64,000 nucleotides of DNA from an uncultured Clostridia bacterium (GTDB taxonomy: Bacteria; Bacillota; Clostridia; Christensenellales; Borkfalkiaceae), in the NCBI GenBank assembly GCA_947627765.1, contig CANQXA010000003.1, positions 12,713-76,712 on the forward strand, in the 5' to 3' direction. A program made the translations under genes and the position numbers. Below the pieces are notes generated by a model. That model saw nothing but the letters and a program-made list of their open reading frames with translations, was not told the origin of the DNA and did no database searches. Positions 24,573 through 33,891 of the stretch are shown one piece after another; the first letter of the stretch is position 1; every line of letters begins with the position of its first letter.

Positions 24573-25114
24573 CCGCCCCACCCTTCTGTCATCCTGAGCG
24601 TACGCGAAGGATCCCGAAGTACGTAGTCCGTCATCGACCAACGGGATTCTTCGGGGGCGTTGCCCCTCAGAATGACGTGCGTTTCATCATCGGGATTCTT
24701 CGGGGGCTTCGCCCCCTCAGAATGACAGAGGGGAGCATTCTCCCCGTCATCCTGAGCGTACGCGAAGGATCCCGAAGTACGAAGTCCGACATCGACCATC
24801 GGGATTCTTCGGGGGCTCTGCCCCTCAGAATGACGTGCGTTTCATCATCGGGATTCTTCGGGGGCTTCGCCCCCTCAGAATGACAGAGGGGAGCATTCTC
24901 CCCGTCATCCTGAGCGTACGCGAAGGATCCCGAAGTACGAAGTCCGTCATCGACCAGCGGGATTCTTCGGGGGCGTTGCCCCCTCAGAATGACGTGCGTT
25001 TCATCATCGGGATTCTTCGGGGGCGTTGCCCCCTCAGAATGACGTGCGTTTCATCATCGGGATTCTTCGGGGGCGGTGCCCCCTCAGAATGACGCGGGGC
25101 CATGGGTGGGGCGG
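24573..25114. repeat. Array of nested palindromic REP-like units (three 158-bp composite repeats plus extra 50-bp units), bracketed by an 11-nt inverted repeat
   Basis: Seven type-A units GGGATTCTTCGGGGGC-nnn-GCCCC(C)TCAGAATGAC start at 24643, 24692, 24801, 24850, 24959, 25009, 25059. Three type-B units GTCATCCTGAGCG-tacg-CGAAGGATCCC start at 24588, 24746 and ~24903. GGGGAG-catt-CTCCCC hairpins (e.g. 24730-24745). Flanks are CCGCCCCACCC (24573-24583) and GGGTGGGGCGG (25104-25114). Confidence 0.85.
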
Positions 25115-25128
25115 AAGCGGCCGAAGGC

Positions 25129-25165
25129 AAAAAAACGGACAGGGCGATGCCCTGTCCGTTTTTTT
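25129..25165. terminator. Bidirectional intrinsic terminator at the end of the glycan locus
   Basis: AAAAAAA-CGGACAGGGC-gat-GCCCTGTCCG-TTTTTTT. Lies 23 nt beyond the stop of the 1179-aa gene. Confidence 0.75.
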
Positions 25166-25187
25166 GCTTTTATCCAAAGGAGTCGGA

Positions 25188-28100
25188 TCAAAGCGCTGTG
25201 AGCTTGAAGTTGCCGAGCCTGAAACAGCCGTTCTCGTGACGGAATTGGATGGAGTCGATCGGCGCGCCAATGTTGCCCGCTTCCGTCGAAACGCTGACGT
25301 CGAACCCGTACCAAGGGAAGTACTGCTCGCCGTCTTCCGACCACGTCCATACGAAGTGGACGGTGTCGCCCTCAACCCTATGCTCGAGGCGAAGATGCGC
25401 AACCTTGCCGACGTCCGCACTCGGCTTATGGCCATCTACGTCCCAGCTCTCGTTGGATTTACTGCCGCCGGATCCCGTGGAGATCACATGGTCGTCGGCG
25501 CCCTCGGTGTAGACCCACATTCCGTTATCCCCGCACCAACCGTTGAAATTCCCGGTACGGTAGTTGAGAAGGAAGGAGGTCTTTTGATTGTCCGTCCAGC
25601 GTGCGATCAGGGCATAATCGAAGTCGAGCCTGAAATTATCTTTCCCGCCGATCGTGGCGCACAAGATGTTGGAGGCGCTGAGAGACGCAGAATTGTTTTT
25701 GCGGTGGACGAATACACCGTCCTTGGAGAACACGGCATTCTCGCGGTTTCCGATCTCCATAATGATATCGAAATCCGCCGCCCCTCTGCCGCCTGTGAAG
25801 ATGTGATCGACCCATTCGTTCATGCCCGTGCTCTTATCCTTCTCCGCGAGCGCGAAGACTTCGAACGTCTTTTCGGCGACGGCGGTCTCATTGTTTTTGG
25901 TCACCGTCATACGGACGGCGACGGACCCGCTTGCCGTGTTTTCGCCGAAATCTTCGACGAGGAGGTAGGGATAAGCCGCATTGCCCGCTACGGTGTAGAT
26001 CGCGGCGGTCTTGCCCGTCGTGTTGGAGCCCTCTACGATCGCGTAGGAGACGTCTTCATAGGTGAGCGCACTGCCGTCGGCGCCCTTTGCGTCGAAGTAG
26101 AGCTGTAAGCCCGCGCTGATGAGGATCTTTCCGTAGGTGCCGCCGAAGGGATCTTCCGCGAAAACGGGAGAATTCTCGACGCTCGTGACAAAGCTGACGG
26201 GGATCTCCACGCTCTTCACCGTCGTTTTTACGGTCTTATGCGTGTACGTTACGGTAAAGATGACGGTGTTGCTCGCGGTGGAGCGGACGGAGATGCCCGT
26301 TCCCTCCTGCGCCGCGACGACGGAGGCGTTCTTGTCGCTCGACGAATAGGAGACCTCGTAACCCGCGGCGTTGCCGTCTAAGGTGTACGCGATCACCACG
26401 TCGGCGTTGAGCGCGGCGCGCTTCCAGCCGTTCGTGAAGCCCTCTTTCTCGAAGCCGAGGGTGATCTCGGCGGGGGTCGCCGTGAAGGTCACGGTCTTCT
26501 TCACCGTATGCTCCTTTTGAGAGGTCACGGTGACTTCGATCTGATACTCGCCTGCGAAGAGGGGCTTGAATTCCTTGTGCTCGCTACCCACCCATTCGTA
26601 GAGGGAAGGATCGGCGTTGACGAAGTTTTCACCCTCTTTCACAAAGACGGCGTACGTTACGGTGCCCTCGGCGTCGCCCTGGGTATAGGTGACCTGCAAC
26701 GTGAGCGTGACGGTCTCACCCTCCGTAAGGGTCTCCTTTGCCGCGGTGAAGGTCACTTCGGGCGGGAACTTCGTGGGATCGGGCAGAGTGACCGTGACCG
26801 TCGCACTGCCGCTTGCGGTCTCGCCGTGGAAGGAGACGGTCACCGTGACGGTATAGGTCCCCTCCGTATGGAAGGTAAACGTCTTGGCGGCTTCGTCGTA
26901 GGTATAATCCTCTCGGGCGGCGGGAGCATCGCCCTTGACGACGGCGATCTCGGTCTTGCTACCCTCTTCCGCCGTGTAGGAGAACGTGACGGGAGTCTCG
27001 GTCTCGGCGGTCTCGGCGGAGAATGCGGGAGCGGGCGCGGGAAGCGCCTTCTTCCAATGGAAGTTTGCCGTACAGCCCGTGAAGGTCAGCGCCTGTACGT
27101 TGACGTCCGCCTCCGCGGTGATCGCGGTCAGGTTGGCGCAGTTGGTGAATGCGTCCGCCGTGACCGTTCCGCCGAGGATGTTGACCGTCTTGAGGGAGTT
27201 GGGGATGTAGAACCCTTCCGTCTTCGTGAACTTCTCACCGTTCTGTTCGGCAGTGCCGAAGAGATAGCCGAGATGAGCGGAGACGGCATTGTCAGAATCG
27301 ATGTTGGAGCCGACGAAGGGGATCGTGAGCGTCGCGAGCTTTTCACAGCCTGCGAACCAGCTTCCGAAGTGATACTCGACGCCCGCTTCCACCGTCGCCT
27401 CTAAGAGTTCGGTGCAGTCCGCAAAGGCGTTGTTGGCGATCATGGGTAGCTTGGGATCGCTCTGGGAGAAGGTCTCTTTTGCCATGGCGGGCACGGTGAG
27501 GGAGGTAAGCCCACAGCCGCGGAAGGCGTTCTGCCCGATGTAGTAGAGCCCTGCGGGGAGCGCGATCTCTTGGAGCGCGGCGCAACCCGCAAACGCCTGC
27601 GTCCCGATCTGGCGCAGACCGTTCGGGAGGGTGACGCCGGAGAGAGCGGTGCAACCGTGGAAGAGGTTGCTTCCGAGGATGGTGACGCCGTTCGGGATCG
27701 AGATCTCTTCGAGGAGGACGCAACCGTTGAAGACTTGGTCGCCGAGGTTGATAAGTCCCTCGGGAAGGCTCGCAGTGGCGAGTCCGGAGCAACCGTCGAA
27801 GGCGTAGGACGAAACCGTGATCACGCTCGCGGGCAGTTCGGCGCTTTGCAGGGAGGAACAGCCGTAGAAGGCGCCCTCGCCGATCGTCCGGAGGGAAGTC
27901 ATCTCCGCGAAGTTGACCGTTTCGAGCGAAGTACAGCCGCTGAACGCTTCCTTGCCGATCGAGGTGAGGGTGGCGGGCAGTTGGACAGAGGTGAGCCCCG
28001 TCATGTCCTCGAAGACATAATCGGCGATCTCAACGACGGAGCCGCCGTTGTAGGTGGCGGGGACGGTCAGTTCGGTCTCGAGCTTGCCCTTTCTCGTGAG

Positions 28101-28727
28101 CGAAGTGAGGCGGTAGCCGCCGCTTACGGAGCTGAAGATGAAGAGCAGTTCGGGATTCTTATATTGGCAGACCGTGCAGACGCCGTCGATATCGTAGGTG
28201 TGAAGCGCCTCGCCCGACTTTCTCGAACAGCCGCAGGCGGCGGCGTGCCAGTGGGTATTTTCCCCGCTCGTCCAGTGCTCGGTGTCGTAGAAGTGCCTGC
28301 CCGTCTTGAGGATCCGCTTGTATTCCTCTTCGTAGTCGCAGTTCTTGCAAGCCTTGTGCGCCGTCGCGCCGTCCGTCTCGCAGGTCGGAAGGACCATGGG
28401 GACGTCCTCGAGCTCATGCCCGTGAGGTTCGATCGTAACCGTCTCCGAATAGCCGCAGATCGAACAGCTCACCGTCTTGGAACCGGGATCTTCGCAGGTC
28501 GCGTCGATGACGTTGCTCTCCGTGATGGTATGGGCGGCTCTTTCCGAAGTGACTTCGTGCCCGCAAGTTGCGTCGTGCCAATGTTCGGAGGAATTGTAGC
28601 TCCAATTTTTGGAGAACGAGTGCTCGGTGTGCTCTCCGCCCCCCTTCGGGCCGCAAGCCCCGAAGCACAGCACGGCGGCCATTGCCGCGGCGGCGAAGAC
28701 GAAATATTTTCTGAGATTCTTTTTCAC
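25188..28727 (-). CDS. Surface lipoprotein (1179 aa): Cys/His-rich N-terminal modules, BspA-type LRRs, Ig-like region, C-terminal beta-sandwich (possibly DUF1080/LamG-like)
   Basis: GTG start at 28727, 6 nt after AAGGAGGT. Lipobox VLCFGAC/GPKGG. LRR_5 units (LPATLTSIGKEAFSGCTSLETV..). C-terminus ..GAPIDSIQFRHENGCFRLGNFKLTAL resembles DUF1080 ends (low confidence for that domain). Confidence 0.85.
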   Translation of the reverse strand: MKKNLRKYFVFAAAAMAAVLCFGACGPKGGGEHTEHSFSKNWSYNSSEHWHDATCGHEVTSERAAHTITESNVIDATCEDPGSKTVSCSICGYSETVTIEPHGHELEDVPMVLPTCETDGATAHKACKNCDYEEEYKRILKTGRHFYDTEHWTSGENTHWHAAACGCSRKSGEALHTYDIDGVCTVCQYKNPELLFIFSSVSGGYRLTSLTRKGKLETELTVPATYNGGSVVEIADYVFEDMTGLTSVQLPATLTSIGKEAFSGCTSLETVNFAEMTSLRTIGEGAFYGCSSLQSAELPASVITVSSYAFDGCSGLATASLPEGLINLGDQVFNGCVLLEEISIPNGVTILGSNLFHGCTALSGVTLPNGLRQIGTQAFAGCAALQEIALPAGLYYIGQNAFRGCGLTSLTVPAMAKETFSQSDPKLPMIANNAFADCTELLEATVEAGVEYHFGSWFAGCEKLATLTIPFVGSNIDSDNAVSAHLGYLFGTAEQNGEKFTKTEGFYIPNSLKTVNILGGTVTADAFTNCANLTAITAEADVNVQALTFTGCTANFHWKKALPAPAPAFSAETAETETPVTFSYTAEEGSKTEIAVVKGDAPAAREDYTYDEAAKTFTFHTEGTYTVTVTVSFHGETASGSATVTVTLPDPTKFPPEVTFTAAKETLTEGETVTLTLQVTYTQGDAEGTVTYAVFVKEGENFVNADPSLYEWVGSEHKEFKPLFAGEYQIEVTVTSQKEHTVKKTVTFTATPAEITLGFEKEGFTNGWKRAALNADVVIAYTLDGNAAGYEVSYSSSDKNASVVAAQEGTGISVRSTASNTVIFTVTYTHKTVKTTVKSVEIPVSFVTSVENSPVFAEDPFGGTYGKILISAGLQLYFDAKGADGSALTYEDVSYAIVEGSNTTGKTAAIYTVAGNAAYPYLLVEDFGENTASGSVAVRMTVTKNNETAVAEKTFEVFALAEKDKSTGMNEWVDHIFTGGRGAADFDIIMEIGNRENAVFSKDGVFVHRKNNSASLSASNILCATIGGKDNFRLDFDYALIARWTDNQKTSFLLNYRTGNFNGWCGDNGMWVYTEGADDHVISTGSGGSKSNESWDVDGHKPSADVGKVAHLRLEHRVEGDTVHFVWTWSEDGEQYFPWYGFDVSVSTEAGNIGAPIDSIQFRHENGCFRLGNFKLTAL

Positions 28728-28739
28728 AGCGCTACCTCC

Positions 28740-30491
28740 TTATTGAATGCCTGCGTCGCTCTTGTAGAGCGCCAAGGCTTTCTCTGCGCTGAGCGCATAG
28801 TCGTGGATCTTGAAGGTGTCCAAATAGGCGTCCGCGAATTCGGGACCGGGCCAATTCGCTCTTCCGAGATAGAAGACGGGCGTCTCTCCGAGCATTTCCG
28901 AAATGTTGACCGAGGAGGAGACAGACTGCTTCATTTCGCCGTTGACGTACAGGGTGGTCCTGTTCTGATAATAGACGATGACGAAGTGCGCCCATGTCCC
29001 CGCCGCAACCGTCGCGCCCGCCGCCGCGGGACGGCCGATGTTGTTGCTGTTGTAACGCTCGAATTCGAGGCCGCCGCCGTTCTTCCAGAGGCCGCCGATG
29101 TACTTCTCGTTCTGCCAAACCTGATCGTTGTCGTTCGCGGCGGCAAAGTACAGCCACGAGGTTGCGAGGTCGCCCGTGATCTTGGCGTAGAAGGAGATCG
29201 TGAAGCTCTCCTTGCCCTTCAAGACGGAGCCGTCGATGGAGACGTAGTTGTCTTTGGTGAGATGGATCGCCTTGCTCCCCTCGAGGGCGCCGTCCTCATA
29301 GGCCGGCGCGCCCTGCGCGGTCGCGTGGACGGTCTCGGCAAGGGTGCCCGTTCCGTCGAGATCGTCCTCGAAGTCGAGCGCGAATACGAGCTCGCCGTCT
29401 TGGTCGCCGTACGCCGCAGTGAGCGCACGGTACTCGGCGTTGGTGATGGGAAGCACGGTGCCGTGGCGGAATTTGACGTCGCCGAAGTCGAACGCCGCGC
29501 CCGCGAAGAATCTCCCCTTCGCGATGTTGTCGGTGAAGAAGGGCTCATATCCCGCGCCTGTGCCGTAATGGTCGAGAAGAAGGCACCACTCGTCGGCGTC
29601 GTTGAGCTTGAAGACGGTAGGCCCTTCGTAGCCCGTATATCTCGTGTGGGAAGCGCCGTTGATGGAGTAGGTGGCGACCGCCTCGAACTCCCCGCTCAGC
29701 GATTTGCTCTTCTCCATGTAGACGTACGTCTTTTCCTCGTCCTTGGTGAAGCGGTAATAGGTATCCCCCTCCTTGATGAAGGTGGTATCGATGCGGGATC
29801 CGCGGCTCTCGATGTAGACTTCGGGCTCGGTGAACGTCTTGAAGTCCTCGGTGTAGCAACGGTAGACGCGGTGGACCCAATCCTCTTCCGTCTTGGAAGC
29901 CCAATAGACCATGTACGCCTCGCGCTCTTCATCCCAAATGGATTCGGGCGCCCATGCGCAGGTCGCGTTTTCCCGCGCGATCTCGGAGAGCCAAGGGTCG
30001 CTCCAATTTACGAGGTCGGTGGATTCCCAGACGACGATGTTTTTACTGCCGTTGGTCTGCGATCCGCCCCAATCCCCATGGATGTTGTAGATGGAGAGGT
30101 CGGTCGCGATGAGATAGAACTTGCTTCCGTCGGGCGAACGGACGATGTGCGGATCGCGGACGCCGCGGGTGCCCTTGTCGTTTCTGAGAATGGGCGTACC
30201 CTCGTTGAGCGTCTTCCACTTGCCGCCGTCCTGCGAGACGGAGAAGTAGATCTGCTCGTCGTCCGCATTCTGCTCGGAACCCGTGAAATGGACAAAGAGA
30301 TAGGCGCCGAGTTCGTTGTCGGTATTGGGATCGGGCTCGGCGGCAGTCTGCGTCTCGGTTTGGACGGGCGCGGCGGGAGCGGCGGGCTCTGTCCCCTTTC
30401 CTGCGGCGGCGCTCGTCGTCAGGATCGCGCCCGAGACCGCGGAAACCGCAAGGACGGCGCCGAGCGTGACTCCCATAATTTTCTTGATCAT
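28740..30491 (-). CDS. GH43-family glycoside hydrolase with C-terminal LamG-like domain (arabinofuranosidase or exo-galactanase type)
   Basis: 583 aa from ATG 30491 (SD AAGGAGG). Signal peptide. GVRDPHIVRSPDGSKFYLIATD and WAPESIWDEE are typical GH43 beta-propeller motifs. C-terminal concanavalin/LamG-like segment. Confidence 0.85.
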   Translation of the reverse strand: MIKKIMGVTLGAVLAVSAVSGAILTTSAAAGKGTEPAAPAAPVQTETQTAAEPDPNTDNELGAYLFVHFTGSEQNADDEQIYFSVSQDGGKWKTLNEGTPILRNDKGTRGVRDPHIVRSPDGSKFYLIATDLSIYNIHGDWGGSQTNGSKNIVVWESTDLVNWSDPWLSEIARENATCAWAPESIWDEEREAYMVYWASKTEEDWVHRVYRCYTEDFKTFTEPEVYIESRGSRIDTTFIKEGDTYYRFTKDEEKTYVYMEKSKSLSGEFEAVATYSINGASHTRYTGYEGPTVFKLNDADEWCLLLDHYGTGAGYEPFFTDNIAKGRFFAGAAFDFGDVKFRHGTVLPITNAEYRALTAAYGDQDGELVFALDFEDDLDGTGTLAETVHATAQGAPAYEDGALEGSKAIHLTKDNYVSIDGSVLKGKESFTISFYAKITGDLATSWLYFAAANDNDQVWQNEKYIGGLWKNGGGLEFERYNSNNIGRPAAAGATVAAGTWAHFVIVYYQNRTTLYVNGEMKQSVSSSVNISEMLGETPVFYLGRANWPGPEFADAYLDTFKIHDYALSAEKALALYKSDAGIQ

Positions 30492-30514
30492 GCTTTTCCT
30501 CCTTATTTTTTCAA

Positions 30515-31396
30515 TTATCGGAAATCGATATTTCTCTCCTTCAGCCAGGCGAAGGGATCCTCTTCGGCGCTTCCGCGGTATTCCCGCGGACTGACGCCCT
30601 TCCACTTTTTGAACAAGCGGGAGAAATACAGCCGGTCCTCCACTCCCACCGCTTTCGCGACGTCCCCGATGGCGGCGTCCGTGTTTTTGAGGAGCTCGCA
30701 CGCCATGGATACGCGGAAACAGTTGAGATAGGCGATGGGCGAGAGCCCAACTCTCTCCACGAAGAGCGCCATCATGCGGCTGACCGAAATATGGTTGCTC
30801 GCCGCGATCTCCTGCGTCGTGAGGGGGAGACGGTAGTTGTTGTTGATATAGGTCAGAATGTTGCGGATGTGCCGCTGTTTGACCGAGAGATTTTCCTTGA
30901 TCGCACGCTTCCTCTGCTCGCCCTTCAAGAGCTCGGCGAGGATGAGAAGGAAGTATCCCGAACAGGAGATCCCCTGCGTGTCGCTCGCGTCGTACGACTC
31001 ATAGAGCGACTTCAACAGCCCCATCATGCCTCCGATGTCGGCAAGGCGGACATACGGATGCTTGGGCGGCATCCCGCAGGGCGTGAAGAGCGCTTCCGTA
31101 TCGCTGGTTTTGAGGTCTACCCAAAGGTACGACCACGGATCGCTCTGGCTCGGATAGTACTCATACTCCCGGTTGGCATAGAGGAGAAAGGCGTCTCCCT
31201 TATTGAGATGGATCCTCTCCCCGTCCGCGATCAGCGTGCCGCTGCCGTAGAGAACGAAGTGCAGGGAATCGTAGGTATCCCAGCGGCGCTTTTCGTGCGC
31301 CTTCTTCGGATCGCAGTGCTCTTGCCCGACTTTGCGGATCGAGACGAAGACGTCTTTATCCTGTAACGGACCCCCCCCCATATCAAATTGAAGCAT
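30515..31396 (-). CDS. AraC-family transcriptional regulator (cupin sensor plus HTH)
   Basis: 293 aa. C-terminal AraC HTH ..IAYLNCFRVSMACELLKNTDAAIGDVAKAVGVEDRLYFSRLFKKWKGVSPREYR. SD AAAGGAGGA upstream. Confidence 0.9.
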   Translation of the reverse strand: MLQFDMGGGPLQDKDVFVSIRKVGQEHCDPKKAHEKRRWDTYDSLHFVLYGSGTLIADGERIHLNKGDAFLLYANREYEYYPSQSDPWSYLWVDLKTSDTEALFTPCGMPPKHPYVRLADIGGMMGLLKSLYESYDASDTQGISCSGYFLLILAELLKGEQRKRAIKENLSVKQRHIRNILTYINNNYRLPLTTQEIAASNHISVSRMMALFVERVGLSPIAYLNCFRVSMACELLKNTDAAIGDVAKAVGVEDRLYFSRLFKKWKGVSPREYRGSAEEDPFAWLKERNIDFR

Positions 31397-31476
31397 TTCG
31401 GATCCTCCTTTTTGAATGGGCGGTTCAAAGTCTGCGGTACGGACGGTGCGCGCCCGTACCGCGCTTCAAATCGGCC

Positions 31477-33891
31477 TTACGATTTTTTCTTCTTCAATAC
31501 GGTGATTAGGATCGCCGCCGCCGCGATCACGACGCCGCCGGCGCCCACGCCGATCCCGATCCCGAGACCGGAGGAGTTCTTGCCGCCCGCCGAGGTCACT
31601 TTGAATTCGTCCTGCTTCAAGTCGAAGGAGAACATCTCGGTCGTGCCGTCTTTCGAGGTCACCGCGACGACGTAAGTGCCCGCCGCGAAGACGTTCAGGC
31701 TGTTGCCCGACGAGACGGTGAGACGGGAGACCCCCGTAGACGTCAGCTGGAAGGCGGAGACGGAGGCGACTTCGAAGCTTTCGGTGTCGCCGAAGGTATA
31801 GGTGAACGTTCTGTTCGCATACCTGCGGGTGATCTTCGTCGTCGTGGGAGCCGCGCTGACGGTGACCGTCTTCGTCGCGGACTGACCTGCCGCCGTCTTC
31901 ACATAGAAGGAATATTCGCCCGCTTCGGTGACCGTGATGAGGGCGGGGACCGCCGTTCCCGTCGTGACCGCCGCGCCGTTCTTGAACATCTTATACTCGC
32001 TGACGGGAGCGATGGCTTCGACGTTCAACGTCAAGTTGTAGCCGCCTGCCGCCCAGCCTTCCTTTGCGGGAAGGACGGAGAGTTCGGGAGCGGCGGGGTC
32101 GATCGTCGAGACGGTGACCGTCTCGCTGTACGTGACGCCCATGCCCGAGGTGACGACGATGATGTAGTCGCCGTTCTCCTCCGCAGTGAAGCTCTCCTTG
32201 ATGGCGTACGGGCGGCCGAGCTCGAAGGCGTGGAGCTCGCCGTATTCGCCGAGACGGTAGGACCAGCCGACGATCCCGCTCGCCGCGTGCGCTTCCACCG
32301 TGACCAAGACGGCGCCCGTGGTATACCCTTCGGGAACGGTCGCTTGGAAGCCCTCGATGTCGGTGACCGAGACGAGGTGCTCCCCGCTCACGCCGCCCTT
32401 ATTGATCTGGACGACGATGAACTGCGAGATCCCCTTGAAGGGTGCGCCCCACTCGACCAAATAGCCGCCGTCCGTGATCTTTTCGGGATCGACGGCCTCC
32501 TCGAAGAGGATCTGGTTGGGCTTGACGGCGTTGTAGAGCTGGATCTTGTTGCCTTCCGCAACGCCCGTGAGCGTCATGGAGGAATCTTCGAGACCGATGA
32601 CGGTGAGCCCGTCTACCGCCGCGGGGATCGCGGGGACCACAGTCTCCTGCTTCTGGACGGCGATGAAGTTGATACAAGGCTCGTTGGTGCTTGCGCCCTG
32701 CATATGGAGATCGATCTTGCCGTTTCCGTCGGCTTTGACGTCTTCGAACACCGAGAATCCCTTATAGGAGTTGATCCTGAGGGTGTCGTCGGTGACGACG
32801 GTGCCGTTGAACGTGATGTCTACCGATCTCGGGTGCCAATGGGAGAGGGTCCCGATGTAGATCCTGTACCCTGCGGAGGGCGTAAGACCGGTGAGCAGAT
32901 AGCCCATGTCGTACGCCGTATCCGTCCACAGAAGGCTGTTGTAGGGGAACGTGGCGTCGCCGGGGGCGGTGTACGTCGCGGAGGTATAGTATCCCCAATC
33001 TTCCCCGTCCTTACCCGCAATGGAACGGTCGGGCACGCCGTAGTTGAGGAGGTCCTCGCCGTAGTAGTCGAATACCGTCCAGTTATAGGTGTAATCGGGG
33101 TCGATGGTATCCTTCTTGTAGGTGCCCTCCACGGGATAGGACCCGCAGTTGATGAAGTAGACCAAGTCGTCGGGCATCGTGATGAGATACCGCTCGACGG
33201 TGAGCTCCGTCCCCGTCACTTTCCCCGTGACGTTCACGGTGGTGAAGTTGACGTTGACGCCCGCGGCGGCGGTGATGTCGCCGTACTCGATCGCGAGCTC
33301 GTGGGACGAACCGTCCGCATAGTAGCCCGTGGCGTTTTCGAGCGCGTCCGAAAGGAGGACGCCGTAAGGGATCACCTGCCCCGGCGTATAATCCACCGCA
33401 AAGAGGACTTCGGCGCCGGGCGCGGTGATGAGGACGCCGCAGAGCTTCCCTTCCGCCTCGACGGTGAGCGCGCCGTCCTCTCCGAGGGTGGCCTCCGTCG
33501 TAAAGACGTACTTGCCCTCTGCGTCGACGGGGCTCATTTCCTCGCCCACGGTGACGGTCGTAGACTCGTCGGCGATGACGGCGACTGAGACGCGGTAGGT
33601 CGCCGCGGAGAGCGTGAAGGAATACTTCGCGTTCTCGCTGTAACTCGTAAACAGGGTACTGCCCGTATGGACGGTCCCCGCCTCGACGACGGCGGCGTTC
33701 TTCTCGGTAAGCCCGATGGTTTGGTCGATCACCTGCGCGTCGATGTCGGCGCCTACGTCCACGAATGCGAAGTAGGTCTCATCGGCAAACGCCGTCTTGG
33801 GGGCGGTTGCGACGCCCGCGATCCCGCCGATCAAAAAGACCGCGGAGGCTCCCGCCAACAGGGAGATCGTTTTCTTCTTAGCGTTCGTCAT
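31477..33891 (-). CDS. Cell-surface carbohydrate-binding protein (malectin-like plus Ig-like domains) with C-terminal TM anchor
   Basis: 804 aa. Signal peptide. Malectin-like segment (LVYFINCGSYPV..INFIAVQK). C-terminus GIGIGVGAGGVVIAAAAILITVLKKKKS. Its ATG overlaps the upstream stop as ATGA (33888-33891). Confidence 0.75.
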   Translation of the reverse strand: MTNAKKKTISLLAGASAVFLIGGIAGVATAPKTAFADETYFAFVDVGADIDAQVIDQTIGLTEKNAAVVEAGTVHTGSTLFTSYSENAKYSFTLSAATYRVSVAVIADESTTVTVGEEMSPVDAEGKYVFTTEATLGEDGALTVEAEGKLCGVLITAPGAEVLFAVDYTPGQVIPYGVLLSDALENATGYYADGSSHELAIEYGDITAAAGVNVNFTTVNVTGKVTGTELTVERYLITMPDDLVYFINCGSYPVEGTYKKDTIDPDYTYNWTVFDYYGEDLLNYGVPDRSIAGKDGEDWGYYTSATYTAPGDATFPYNSLLWTDTAYDMGYLLTGLTPSAGYRIYIGTLSHWHPRSVDITFNGTVVTDDTLRINSYKGFSVFEDVKADGNGKIDLHMQGASTNEPCINFIAVQKQETVVPAIPAAVDGLTVIGLEDSSMTLTGVAEGNKIQLYNAVKPNQILFEEAVDPEKITDGGYLVEWGAPFKGISQFIVVQINKGGVSGEHLVSVTDIEGFQATVPEGYTTGAVLVTVEAHAASGIVGWSYRLGEYGELHAFELGRPYAIKESFTAEENGDYIIVVTSGMGVTYSETVTVSTIDPAAPELSVLPAKEGWAAGGYNLTLNVEAIAPVSEYKMFKNGAAVTTGTAVPALITVTEAGEYSFYVKTAAGQSATKTVTVSAAPTTTKITRRYANRTFTYTFGDTESFEVASVSAFQLTSTGVSRLTVSSGNSLNVFAAGTYVVAVTSKDGTTEMFSFDLKQDEFKVTSAGGKNSSGLGIGIGVGAGGVVIAAAAILITVLKKKKS

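Noticed and set aside
24677-25092. Two ORFs (68 and 85 aa) with near-identical peptides MRFIIGILRGLRPLRMTEGSILPVILSVREGSRS..
   Set aside because: They are read-through translations of the palindromic repeat array. They have no SD, and their similarity only reflects the DNA repeat.
24573-25114. CRISPR array?
   Set aside because: The repeats are 34-35 nt and palindromic, but the intervening segments are themselves repeated (a 158-bp composite period) rather than unique spacers. Spacing is irregular (15, 50 and 74 nt). No cas genes are present. Copies are dispersed singly elsewhere.
27570-30731. 1053-aa + strand ORF
   Set aside because: Antisense to the LRR lipoprotein and GH43 genes, spanning their junction. 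Artefact.
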